Source: Chiloscyllium plagiosum (Eukaryota). From it: a stretch of 64,000 nt of DNA. Below, one piece after another: positions 36,960-49,131 of the stretch (positions within the stretch are counted from its first letter, which is position 1; every line of letters starts with the position of its first letter). A program made the position numbers and the translations under genes. Below the pieces are notes generated by a model. That model saw nothing but the letters and a program-made list of their open reading frames with translations, did not search any database and was not told the origin of the DNA. Location: the NCBI RefSeq assembly GCF_004010195.1, contig NC_057720.1, forward strand, positions 27,527,899-27,591,898. Direction: 5' to 3'.

Positions 36960-37690
36960 GAATGTTTAAAAACATATTATTTGAATGGTAAAATATTGCA
37001 GAACGCTTGAGAGGCAGGAAGGATATGGGTGCCGTGCTGCGTGAATTGCAATAGGTCATTATGCAAGTACAGTAAGTAATTAGGAAAGCTAATAAATTTA
37101 GTTATTATAAATATAATTCAAAGCAAGAAGTAAAGAGTTTATGCTTTAATTATATAGGGCAGTGGTGAGACCACATCTGTAGTACTTTGTACAGTACTGA
37201 CCTCCTTATTTCAGGAAAGATATAAATGTGATCAAAGCAGTTCAGAGAAGGTTTATTTGACTAATGTCTGGAGTCAGTAGATTGTCTTATGAGATAAGCT
37301 TTGACAGAATAGACTTGTATCCACTGAAGCTGAGATGAAAATGAGTCAACTTAACTGAAATATGAAATTCTGAGGTATCTTGACACAATGTATATGAGAA
37401 TGGTATTTTGACTTATGGAGAATTTAGAAATTTTGATCACATTTTATAAATAAGGGGTTGCACATTTAAGGCTGAGATGAGAATTTCTTGCTCTAACAGG
37501 GGAATGAAGTCTTTTGTAACTCTAACTTAAATGGTGGTGGAAACAGCAGTTTGAATATTTTTAAAGTAAAGGTCAATACATTGGTGGTAAACAAGGTGAT
37601 GAAAGGCTACCCACAATTCTGAGGAATCCATGACCTTTCTGAACAGTAGAGCTTGCTAGAGGGGCCAAATGGTCTAATTTGGCTCCTGAT
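36960..37690 (+). mobile_element. Old CR1 3' fragment
   Basis: Decayed LYRA.VRPHL.Y.VQ and VQRRF motifs; tail gggccaaatggtctaatttggctcct. Confidence 0.7.
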
Positions 37691-37924
37691 TTGTGCGAGA
37701 TCAGAGCACTGACAGGATGAGACCCTTAATTGTGCATTAATTGCACATTTAAGGCCTTCATTTGAACCGCAGGTGGGAATTCTACAAAAATCTAGAACAC
37801 CACCTGTAAAATTATGGAGGACATGGGTGACTGACTGGTACACAATTGATGTCATGACATCTTAATTTGTGGATTCTGTTTACCCAGCTGCAGATATTGC
37901 ATAAAGTTCAGATCCAATATTGAT

Positions 37925-38045
37925 ACTTCTCACTGTAGTGCTGCTTGGACATGCCATCTTTCAGATGACATATTAGATTGTGGCCCATCTGTTTGCTTGG
38001 GTGCATTTAGAAGATCCCATTGCACAAGTTTGAAGGAGAGTAGCA
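37925..38045 (+). mobile_element. Deu-domain SINE-like remnant (probable 5' half at ~36385-36505)
   Basis: gccatctttcagatga...gaagatcccattgcac...gaaggagag resembles the DeuSINE central domain as I recall it. Confidence 0.4.
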
Positions 38046-38404
38046 AAATATTGAGTCAGATTATATCACACAACACAAAATTTAATTGTGAGTTTGTTTT
38101 TATGTTTATCAACAATTTCTGTACAATATTTTAATTTTCAGAATTAGATTTTTCACTATTTCAAACTCATTGTTACTACAACGTTTTAATACTTGCAAAT
38201 AGCTGTTTACTACAAGAATTAATTCTGAATTACATTATAGTAATGAACATTATATCATAGAGCAGGATTTCCCAAAATGGTATCAGGACCCCAAATGGGA
38301 AGTGAATTGAAATTTGGAGGCAGTGGCTGTCATGGAGCTCTGACCTCCTCAAATTGTCAAACAATTGTCAAGCTTCAAATGGAATCATAGTGGGAAAAAG
38401 TTTG

Positions 38405-39295
38405 GCTGACTTTATAGAGGTTTATAAAATCATCACGGGATGATAAGGTAAATAGCCAAATTCTTTTTCCAAGGGTAGAGGAGTCCAAATCTAGATGGCA
38501 TAGGTTTAACGTGAGAGGGGAAAGATTTAACAGGGACCTGAGGGGCAACTTTTTTGCACCGAGAGTGGTGCGTAAATGGAATGAGCTGCCGCAGGCAGTG
38601 GTAGAGAGATGTACAATTACAATGTTTAAAAGGTGTGGCAGCATAATGGCTCAGTGATTAGCACTGCTGTCTCACAGCGCCAGGGACCCAGGTTTGATTC
38701 CAGCTTCAGGCGACTGTGTGGAATTTGTGCATTCTTCCTGTGTCGACATGGATTTCCTCCGGGTGCTCCGGTCTTCTCCCACAGTCCAAAGATGTGCAGG
38801 TTAAGTGGATTGGCCATGCTAAGTTGCCCGTAGTTTCCAGAGATGAACAAGCTAGGTGAGTTAGGCATGGGAAATGCAGAGTTATTAGGATGGGATGGAA
38901 GGAGGATCTGGGCGGGATGCTCTTTGGAGTGTCTGCATGTATATGATGGGCTGAGTGGCCCACGTCCATACTGTCAGGATTCTGTATTTTAAAAAAAAAT
39001 AATAAAATACATTTGGACAAGTACATGAATAAGAAAGGTTTAGGGGGATTTGGGCCAAATGCAGACAAATTGAACGAGTTAGGAAACCTAGTCAGTGTGA
39101 ATGAGTTGGGCTGAAGGGTCTGTTACTGTGCTGTATGACACTATAAGATTAGATCAGATTCCCTATAGTATGGAAACAGGCCATTTAGCCTAACAAGTCC
39201 ACACCAGCCCTCCGAATTGTAACCCATCCAGATAATTCCCCTACCCTATATTTACCCCTGACTAATGCACCTAAGAGACTGGGCAATTTAGCAAA
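38405..39295. mobile_element. Nest: + CR1 3' end (38405-38630, 39010-39145) split by a + HE1-type SINE (~38632-38985), followed by a - strand SINE tail (~39147-39295)
   Basis: CR1 sequence resumes after the SINE (tttaaaa...catttggacaagtacatgaat). The SINE head and tail match 31992-32322. Confidence 0.82.
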
Positions 39296-40844
39296 AAAAA
39301 AGGTAATGTCATAGAGTGTATCATAATAAGAATAGTGATAAAATGACAATTCTACTTTAAATTTAAATGCAATCTTCAAATTCACCTGAAGAAGCAATTG
39401 AATGTCAAAACAAGTATATGTGATTAAGGTCATACTCACAATCCTATATAATTTCTTAAAAGTATGGTCAGCTTTTAAGGGGTATTATATTAGAAATCAG
39501 TTTGTATCCAATAAGATGGCTGACCTATCTCTGTTGTATTATCTATTAATATGTTAGCTTTAAAAAATGTCTTTGCTTCTGTCGCTGTTAGAAACACAGC
39601 CATATCTTTCTTTCATTGAATCTATGAGGGTCAACTGCTTACAGTCCACTTTTCTTACAGGTGTTTGGCTCTCTTCATGTAAGTTGTTAGTTTTTTTAAG
39701 AATTCCCGCTATTTCCATGTGTGTTTACAAGCTTATTGGCAATGAATCAGTTTTAATTTTCACATTGATTAGTTTAATTAGCGCTTCAATTTCTTAATTA
39801 AATATATCACTTCCTTTGCAATTATACTTTGATTTTTTCTTGTAAAACCATCATGACTATGTATTATGTACTTCTTTAAGTTTTGCAGATTTAAATTGTA
39901 AACATTTTTTCATCTCTCTTGGATACGATTTTTAAAAAGTCTTTGTGAACAAAATCAAGGTGGAGAAATTTGCAAAATCTGAAGAATAGTTAGAAAATGT
40001 CAGTAAAGCACAGTAGTGAACAAAGCAGAGTATTCATCACTGTAGCGGAATGTTACCGTTTTGATTTACTTTCGCAAAGAGTTGTACCTGCTGCAGTTGG
40101 ATTGTGTACTGAGGACTCAGATGAAACATTTATGTCGACATCAAAATGCATATTTTCTCCTCACATTGCTAACAAGTTCTGAGTTCATTTTTTGGTGAAA
40201 ACTCATTAGGTCTGGTCAAATTCTGCAGTATTCATCAGCCCAGATTTCATTCTATGTAGGATCGCACAGCCGCAAAGAAAAATTGAACACTAAATTTATC
40301 TGACTGCAAGAAAAATCATTCCTCCTGTATTGAATTAGAGTTTAATGTTGTCATATTTCAGGGGTGATCATCTTGCACAGGCAATTAGTTCTGTTGTAGG
40401 AAGTAATGTCAAAGAAAGTGGTTTTATCAGGCTCTTGAGGTTTATAAATAAGAGAATTGTACAAACAGTTGATGGGTTTTGAAATTTATATAAATATTGC
40501 AATAATTTGGCAGTGTAAGGACTTGTTGATTGTTACAAGTGGCTTAATTCCTTGCTTGAGGGACCTTAAAGGAAAGTTGCTTAAACTGATTTTTTTTTTG
40601 CATAGATTGCAATTCAGACATAGTACAGGCTGGCTGAGAAATTTGCTACACATCCATTGTATTGCCAGTTGTTTTTCTACCTTCTGTTGTGTTTTTTAAG
40701 GAGTGTAATTCTTATCAGTTTGTAATCAGGGAATATTTGTTTTTGGTTAAATCTGGTTAAATCCTGATATTAGCTATGCCCTAATGCTGCTGTCCAGAGT
40801 ACACTAATACTCTGAACACTACAGAAGTCTGTATAGTGTTGGAC

Positions 40845-41120
40845 AAGAAAAGGAATATTCCTAGAGGCCTGGCACTCCAACCGCAACGCCATAAACAAAC
40901 ACATAGATCTAGATACCATCTATTAACCCCTCAGAAAACGAACAGGAAATGACATCACCACAAACCCCAGGAACCCCATCCAGGAGAAAGATATAAATAG
41001 AAAGCAGGAGACAACAGCTTCGCTTCACTTGGAGGTCGCCACTGATGATGTTACCAGGCCAGGTAATGAAACGTCTGGATATCAAACCTACAGCTCAGCG
41101 AGCAAACCTACACCCTAAAT
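40845..41120 (+). mobile_element. Penelope-like 3' end with hammerhead motif at 41039-41078
   Basis: FLEAWHSNRNAINKHIDLD matches the reverse of 2945-3010; CCA-CTGATGA-T-GTTACC-aggcca-GGTAAT-GAAA-CG-TC-TGG. Confidence 0.85.
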
Positions 41121-41231
41121 ATCTTGTTTTATGTCGTAAACTTCTGGGTTTTACAACAAAAAAATGATAACCCTGCTTGTTGATTGGAGGCTGTTCGAAC
41201 AATTGAGTCTCATTTAAATCTCAAATATTGT

Positions 41232-41552
41232 GGGCAGCACGGTAGCACACGTGGGTGGCACGGTGGCACAGTGGTTAGCACTGCTGCCTCACAGTGCCAG
41301 AGACCCGGGTTCAATTCCCGCCTCAGGTGACTGACTGTGTGGAGTTTGCATATTCTCCCCGTGTCTGCATGGGTTTCCTCCAGGTGCTCCGGTTTCCTCC
41401 CGGTTTCGGTTGAATTGGCCATGCTAAATTGCCCGTAGTGTTGGGTACAGGGGTAAATGTAGGGGCTAGGTCTGGGTGGGTTGTGCCTTGGCGGGTCGGT
41501 GTGGACTTGTTGGGCCGAAGGGCCTGTTTCCACACTGTAAGTAATCTAAATT
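41232..41552 (+). mobile_element. HE1-type SINE with a short duplicated head
   Basis: Matches 31992-32322; B box GGTTCAATTCC; taatctaaat tail. Confidence 0.88.
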
Positions 41553-42778
41553 TGAACTGATATAAACCGGACTATGAGTTGACTGGACATTGGGCATCAT
41601 ATTTCATTTTGTCATAGTCAATCTTAAGTATTTTAGTTTACATTATATTGGGGTGGAGTGTGGGACATAACTGGACAGCCTGTTTTTAAACACCTGCATG
41701 AACAAAAGCAGGAAAGATTGGGGACATTTCAGTTTGTTGATGCCCCGAGTACATTGGAGGGCAGTCCCACCCCAAGACCTTATTTTACCATGCTGCTGCC
41801 TATCAGGACTTGGTCCCTACCACTCTCTCCCTGCCTCCTGAGCTATATGATCTCTCCCAACCATGAAACCCCAGGACTAACCTTCTTGGAGCAGTATAGC
41901 GCTCTTTCAGCTCCTTTGTACAGTCCCAGCAGTACTCATTACTTGAAATCTTGTGCTGCCATGAGTGATGGAGCTGTCGGTTAATTCCGAGGGAAGGACT
42001 TCCTGCTGAGTGAGGAGCAGAAGCCATGCTGTTAACCAATTTAGCCCATCTGCAGAACAACATAGTTGCAGGACAGACTTACAAGGAGCAAACTGACTTC
42101 CAGCCAACTTTCTTTTTGAGCAGACAAGCTAACTGCATCTCTATAAACATCTGCCCACTGATTCAGCAACCAATATAAATGCCTTTTCCTCATTTATTGT
42201 CATTTATATGAGGAAAATACCCCTTGAACTCTGTAGCTTGCTAGAGCTATTTTAGAGAGTCAACCACTGGATGCAGATACGGTTATAACTTTTAAAAGAC
42301 ATTGGATAAGTATATGAATAGGAAAGGTTTGGAGGGATATGGGCCAAACGCATACAAGTGGGACGAGCTTAATTTGGGAACATGTTTGGCATGGACTAGT
42401 TGGACCGAAGGGTCTGCTTCCATGCTGTAGAAGGGAACTTGTCTCCCTTCTCCTCCCTAATCTCCAAAATCAAATAAACAACTCATATTCGCTAAGTTAG
42501 TTTCACAAGTGGAGATTACTACTTCAAGCGCTTAATAGTTTGAAGAACAGTAGCCAGATTTTTATGTTTAGAAGACAAACTTAGAAAAATACTTAACTAC
42601 AAAAGCTTTATAAATGAATAATTTATTATTTACTTTGGTGGGGAACTGACTATTTTATTTAAGTACGGTATTATGTCTTAATTCAATAATAAATAACCAT
42701 GGAATAAAGTGACACGCATCATTTCATTAATTGCTATAGATGTTAATATTATTTCTCTTGTGTTCTTTTTCTGTTCAG

Positions 42779-42936
42779 CAGATGTATGCTGCTAGCCCCT
42801 ACTCTGATACAATTCTGGTGGAGGTAACCCCATCGCCGAATGCACAGGATGATCCTGAGATGCTGTGGGTGATGGGACCAGTACTTGCTGTTGTGTTAAT
42901 TATCATCATTGTTATTGCTATACTTCTTTTCAAAAG
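42779..42936 (+). CDS. PTPRF: PTPRF transmembrane exon (QMYAASPYSD...PEMLWVMGPVLAVVLIIIIVIAILLFK)
   Basis: Strong pyrimidine tract, CAGCAG acceptor and GTGAGA donor; 158 nt, phase 0 to 2; hydrophobic TM helix typical of LAR. Confidence 0.96.
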
Positions 42937-43069
42937 GTGAGATAATTATAAAGTTAATTGTAAAATTATAAATTGAAAATAGGACTGTGTAACCAAGATC
43001 ACTGCTGAACATTTTATCTTTATAGCATAAACTTTCAAAGGTGATGATCTCAAATTACAAACTAAAAGA

Positions 43070-44880
43070 AAGCCCATTTAGGTTTTGTCAGGATCATCCT
43101 ACTCTAGACCTCATTTACAGCCTTGGTTCGAAGACTGGCAAAAGATCTAAATGTCACTGGTGAGGTGAGAATGACTGCCCTTGATGTTAAGGCAGAATTT
43201 GACTGAGTATGGCATTAGGAAGCTCCAACAAATTTGAAATTGATAAGGAGTCATTGAGAAAATTCTTCACCAGCTCAAGCCATGCTGACACAAAGAAAGA
43301 TAACTGTGATTGTTGGAGGCCAATCATCTTGACTCTAGGACATTATCATGGGAGTTCTTCAGGACAGGTCCTTGGCCCAAACATCTGGATCTGTTTCATT
43401 ACTGACCGCCATAACATCAGAGGTGTAGCCATTCACTGACACTTACATGTTCAGTTGTGTTTGTTACTCCCTACATAATGAAGCAGTTCATGACTGCTTG
43501 CAACAAGACCTAGAGAACACTGAGGCTTGACCTGACCAGTGGCATTCATGCTGCACAATGCTATTAAGTGGTGTTTGTTCACTAATAGCTTGCTTGCCAT
43601 TACTCAGCTTATAAGTTACAAGGACATTCACTTTTAGAACTCATAGTAAACTTGATCTAAATAAAAACCATTAAGCTAAATTTGAGAGATGAGCTGAGAG
43701 TAGCCATCCTTGACACCATTGCATCATTTGGTGGATTCTGGCCCCCATCGAGAAGTCCTAATAAAAGTGAGAATTGGGGACAAAACACAATTGATTGAAG
43801 TCATGCATATCATAAAGAAAGATGTTTATTGTTTTTGGAGATGATTCACCTCATCCCCAAGACATCACCGCAGGAGTGCCTCAGGTCCCAACCACTTTCA
43901 GCTGCTTCATCAAAAACCTTCCCTGTGTCAGGCTGATGATGTTCAGTTCTCCTCAGATAATGAAGTATCTTTCTGCCATGTAGAAATGTCTGGACTTGCT
44001 TTAGGTGATAAGCAAGAAGTAATATTTGTACCATACATGTGCCATCAATAAGTGAGAGTCAAGTCACATATCAACTGTACATTCAGTGGCATTACTGAAA
44101 TACTCCATAGAGGCTGGTCACCCTTTATTAACACATAGGGAATCCTTGACACTAATCCAGCTTCCTCAGAACCAGCTCTCAGAGTGAACAGAACCTCAAC
44201 ACTGCTGTTTATATCTGTCAGCCAGTGGCTTCCTGATTGGACCAGATTGACAGCCCCAAACAGGGAAATCGTAGGATCACCGAACTGACCTTGTCACAAT
44301 CACCATCAACAAAATCCATGCCTTCAAGGGTGTGGGTCATCATTGACCAGAAATTTAACTGAATCAGCCACAGCAGATCAGAGACTGGATACTCTTTGGC
44401 AAATGACTAAGCTCCTAACTCCCCAAAGCCAGTACTACTAACCATAAGTCAAGTATGTGATTAAGTAATGTCCTTTTACCTAGTGTCAGTAGCTCCAAAA
44501 GCACTCAAGAAGCTTGCCATCATTCAAGACAAAGCAGCTCATTATATTGACAGTACATCCACCTTAAACATTTAATTCCTCCACCAGTGATGTACCATGG
44601 CAACAACTCATTAAGGTTTCTTGCATTTCCCAAATGTGTGACCTATGTCACCTCAAACGATAAGGGCAGCAGATGTATCAAAACATGTTTCCTTCCATGT
44701 GAAAAACTATCCTGACTTGGAAATATATCATTATTTGTTTATCATTGCTGGGTCAAAATCCTGTAACTCTTTAACTGAGAACATTGTGAGAGGACCAGGA
44801 TCTTACAGGTTGCAGTAATTCAAGTAGCATTTCGCCACCACCTTTTCCAGCAATTAAAATGGTCCATAAATGCTAGCTCA
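43070..44880 (+). mobile_element. Decayed fragments of the second CR1/L2-clade family with an LTR-like insert (~44110-44305)
   Basis: ALD.KA.FD.VW and PQG.VLGP remnants; 3' end shared with 47870-48075. Confidence 0.65.
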
Positions 44881-45049
44881 TTAAGCTTAATTATTTTTTA
44901 AATATGTGCTGCAAGGATTTTAATTCATTGTACAAATAATATTATGATTCTTTGACTATCTTTCAACTGGAAGAACACATTTATCTTTTGGACCTAAGTC
45001 TTACTAACCACCATGCTTTCCATACATTGAATCTGTTGTTAAATAGTTA

Positions 45050-45900
45050 ACAACAACCACCACAGTAACTTGTAGTTGTATCATGCTTTTATTAAAATAT
45101 TCAATGGCACTTTGCAGAAGTAATATAAAACAAAATATGACATGGAGCTACATAAGGAAATATGCAATACGACAATGAAAACCTTGAACAAAGAGGTAGG
45201 ATTTAGTTATGGTTTTACAAAGAAGAAAATTGAGATAAAGGGACAAAGAAGTGTAGAGAGGGAAGTTTCAGAGTTAAGGCAACAGAAGGCATGATTTTGG
45301 AACAATTTAAACTGGAGAGGCATAAGAGATCAGGATTAGAAAAATGCAGCTATGTCAGAAGGATGAGAGGCTGAAGGCGATTATAGAGAAAGGTAGGAGC
45401 AAAGCCAAGGATAGATTTGAAAATAAGAATAAGAATCTTAAAATTAAGGCAGCCAATGTTGATTAGTGAGCAGAGGGGTGATAGTTGATGAAGGGTTATG
45501 CCCAAAACATCGATTCTCCTGCTCCTCGGATGCTGCCTGACCTGCTGTGTTTTTCTAACACCACAGAGTCGACTCTGATCTCCAGCATCTGCAGTCCTGA
45601 CTTTCTCCCTGATAGTTGATGAACTCATTATGCGGGTTGTGACATGGGCAACAAAGTTTTGGATGACCTTAAGTTTATGGAGAGTAGCATGTGAGAAATC
45701 AGCTAGGACTGCTTTGAAATAATGATGTCTAGAGCTAGCAAAGGTGTAATGAGAGTTTCAGCAGCAGATGGGAGAAGGTAGATGCAAGTCTTGCCATGTT
45801 ACAAAGGTGAGAAAAGGTGTTCTAAATGATGGCATGAAGATGTGTTTGGAATCTTATGGTCAAATGTGATGCCAAGAATGTGAACAGATTTGCTTTAGTC
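45050..45900 (-). mobile_element. L2-type LINE 3' region carrying a family A insert (45493-45609)
   Basis: - strand FKILILIFKSILGFAPTFL; insert flanked by TGATAGTTGATGAA at 45479-45492 and 45610-45623. Confidence 0.78.
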
Positions 45901-47240
45901 TCACAGTAAGACAAAGTGAACCAAGAAATAGGGAAAAAACACAGTGGAGAGCCAGTTTGTTCTTCAGTTCTGTATCATCTTTTATTTTTGTATCTCACTT
46001 TCTCAGCTATTACACACATATTATTTATTTTTCTTGCTTTCTCCATTGGTAGATGACTATCCTTAGGTAAATCTATGATCTTACTATGATCCAGCAAGAG
46101 TTTATGTAATAACATTTGTGAAGATTGCTGCTCAGCATTTTTTCCAAGAAATACTCATACATATCTACATAATACATTATCTGATTTGTTCTGAGGTTTA
46201 CTCCCTTTTTTTTAACTGTTTATGCTGACAGGTTTGCTTTTGCTTGAGCTTTTGGGAGATCTTTCTCGTCAACATTTTGTTACTTTACTGTAAGAAAGAA
46301 ATCTATTACATTGTTCCCAAGCAAGATAGACTATCTTCACTGCTACCAAATTTTCCTAGTCCTATGTATTGAAGGTTGAGACAGGACCAGGAGCAAAATT
46401 TGAGGATCTCGCCAAAGAATAGCTGCTCGATGCCAACCCGCTTTCAAGCTATCTTGTTGGAAGCAGGATTTAAATTGCATCAGCTATCCACTCGACAGTG
46501 ACAGACAGCTAATTTTGTTAATACAAAATTAGTGGCACCACCAAGATCTTCACATAGGTGGAGACCTCCACTGCTGATGCCAAAGTGGCTATTGCTTGGA
46601 GGTGAACACTCGACAGAAGAGCTATAAATGCCTCATTTAAATGATGGCAGTGCTGCTTCTGGTTTCCTAACCAAAAATCAAGAATGACATTGGAGACCAT
46701 GAACCAACCGGGGAAATTCAGCCCCAATTACCTGTACTTCTTTTAATTGATCAAGAGCAATATTAGTCTGTAAAAATAGTTTGTAAAATTTATTAAGTGT
46801 TTTCTATTTACAATTTTATTTCAAAATTTTTGAATTTTATCAAACAGCTATAGCCGCAAAGATGACGTTTTCCTCTCACCAAGTGTTCTGTCGAGTGATT
46901 AGTGCTTCACAGTTATAAACTGTTAGAATTTCAACATATATGTATATCACTTGTCACAGAGAGTTAAATTGGCAAATGTACAAAGCTGATTGGAAGAATA
47001 GTGTAGAAAATGTTTTGAACTTAATGGCATTGTGGTAATTTACAGAGTTAAACATAATGAAAGACTTTATGGAGATGATATATAAGCAATTTATAAAATT
47101 GGTTTCAAATGATCTCCTTTGCCTTTCAATTGAAGAAACGAGGCAGAGGGAGAAATTTCCACAGTTTAATTTAACCGTGGGATATGGGAAATAATCACTC
47201 ATTTCTGATGTTTCCTCTTTTTGCCATCTCATGGATACAG

Positions 47241-47252
47241 TAAGCAAGAAAG
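47241..47252 (+). CDS. PTPRF: 12-nt juxtamembrane microexon (inserts SKQE after ...LLFK)
   Basis: Pyrimidine tract plus TGC, then CAG|TAAGCAAGAAAG|GTAAGA; phase 2-2 matches both neighbours. Position and peptide resemble the SKPD/NKPD-type inserts I recall in PTPRD/PTPRS. Confidence 0.85.
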
Positions 47253-47309
47253 GTAAGACTCTTACTAAAAACCATAACATTGCCTTAAACTGGACAGTCC
47301 AGACATTCT

Positions 47310-47315
47310 TGCATG
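47310..47315 (+). promoter_or_regulatory. RBFOX motif TGCATG, 58 nt downstream of the 12-nt microexon
   Basis: Exact motif in the usual enhancer position; function is inferred only. Confidence 0.5.
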
Positions 47316-47578
47316 TGCATCAAAGAAAGCAATCAGAAGGCCTGCTTTTTAAAGTTTCGTAATTTGGCAAGTAAGGCATTAGGGATTGGTAAAAAGACCG
47401 ATGGCTAGTCAATCATTTTTAACCTTTTGTTCCCTTCCCACATGTTTTAGGAGAGGGGATGATGTTTAGACCCTAATCTTGGTGTTTCTGAGACTGGCAT
47501 GATTGATACTGTGGACAAGAGCTAACATTTTATTATTGTATGGAAGGGTGTGCTACAGAAATAGTTCCATTCCTTAAT

Positions 47579-47692
47579 AAATATAATTTGATGGTTAATA
47601 TCAGAAACATTACAGAGATTGCTGGAAAAACATAACAAGTCTGGCAGCATCTGTGGGGAGAAAACAAAGTTAAAGTGACCCTTTTTCAGAAC
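47579..47692. mobile_element. Family B single-arm element with 16-bp TSD
   Basis: AGTTCCATTCCTTAAT at 47563-47578 and 47693-47708. Confidence 0.8.
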
Positions 47693-49018
47693 AGTTCCAT
47701 TCCTTAATGTTTTAGAATCGAAATATTACATGTATATAGGTGTTAAATAAAATCTATGACAGATATCAAAATAATATGGTCTGTGATAATAACAATCTTA
47801 ATCTTTATTTATATTAAGCAAGCTTGTTCAAATTCATGTGCCTGTCTTAAATGGCAGTGATCTAATAGAACAATATATCATCCTGACTTGGAAATATATC
47901 ACTATTCTTTCACTGTTGCTGGGTCTAAATCCTGGAATTACCTGCCTAAGGGCATTGTGAGTCAATCTACAGCACGTGGACTGTAGCAGTTCAATTTGGC
48001 AGCTCACCACTTTCTCAAGGGCAGAAAGAACACGCAATAAATGCTCGTCAGTCAGCAAAGCCCATGTCCCACAAATGAATAAATAATAGTGATAATTAAA
48101 CTGCTTGTAAATACTAGTAAATACACTGCAGGTTCATTCATTGAGGGACTTGAGAAAAAAATAAATTGATATTTGAGGTGGGAAGCTTATTTGTTGGAAG
48201 TTGATTTTCCTAACCAGGAGAACATCTGTTGAATTTTCAACACTTCTGTTTATATGTATAATTTCCAATATTCTCAGGTCTTTTTTATAATTTAGGTTAA
48301 TGAGTTGACATGTAAAAGTCAAAGGTGGAAACCACTAGTGTAGTCATAGAAATGGTGCATATTGTACGTTTGCTTATGAATCATGGCTTTATAATAATAA
48401 TTCAAGTACAATGACGGACTTTTACCAGCAATTAATTTACCTAATGTATTTAATTGTAAAAATGTTTTCCTAATTGGAATGCAAATGTTATTAGAACAGC
48501 AGTAAGTGTGGAGCTTCATTAAGTTTCCTTAAACTGGACAGTCAAACCATTATTCCAATTCCTGCATATGCATTCAAAGAAAGCAAACAGAGGATCTGCT
48601 TTTAAGCTTTCACAGTTTGTCAAATAAAGCATTGGGATTGGTAAAAGGACACCGTTGAAGGGTCAATCATCTTTACTTTCTTGCTCATTCCTTATGTATA
48701 CATTTGTACAGCATTTTAACATCATTTTCATAAACAGATATTATAAAAAGATAGTATTTTGCTCTTATACATCTGGACATATGGTATGTAATGGATCAGA
48801 CAAAATAATGAGTGAATTAATCAGTTTCTCTTGCTTTGACCAAAGGGATATTTTTAAAACAAATTTCATGCATGTAGCATAACTGAGCAGAAGCAAGTAC
48901 TTAACTACCAAGCAAACGCCTACTTTTTTGTTTCTGAATTACAACATTGCATGTCAATAGTAGATATCAGTGCAAATCTATCATTAGCTGAAGTAATAAT
49001 ACCATGTGGTTGGTTCAG

Positions 49019-49131
49019 GAAAAGAGCAAGTTCTCCATCTGCTAAGGATGATGTTCCTGGTGGAAAAGACCCACTGCTGGCACACTCTTCAGACCCTGTG
49101 GAGATGAGAAGGCTAAACTATCAAACTCCAG
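49019..49131 (+). CDS. PTPRF: PTPRF juxtamembrane exon (RKRASSPSAKDDVPGGKDPLLAHSSDPVEMRRLNYQTP)
   Basis: CAG acceptor and GTAAAC donor; 113 nt, phase 2 to 1. LLAHSSDPVEMRRLNYQTP is PTPRF-type rather than PTPRD/PTPRS-type. Confidence 0.96.
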
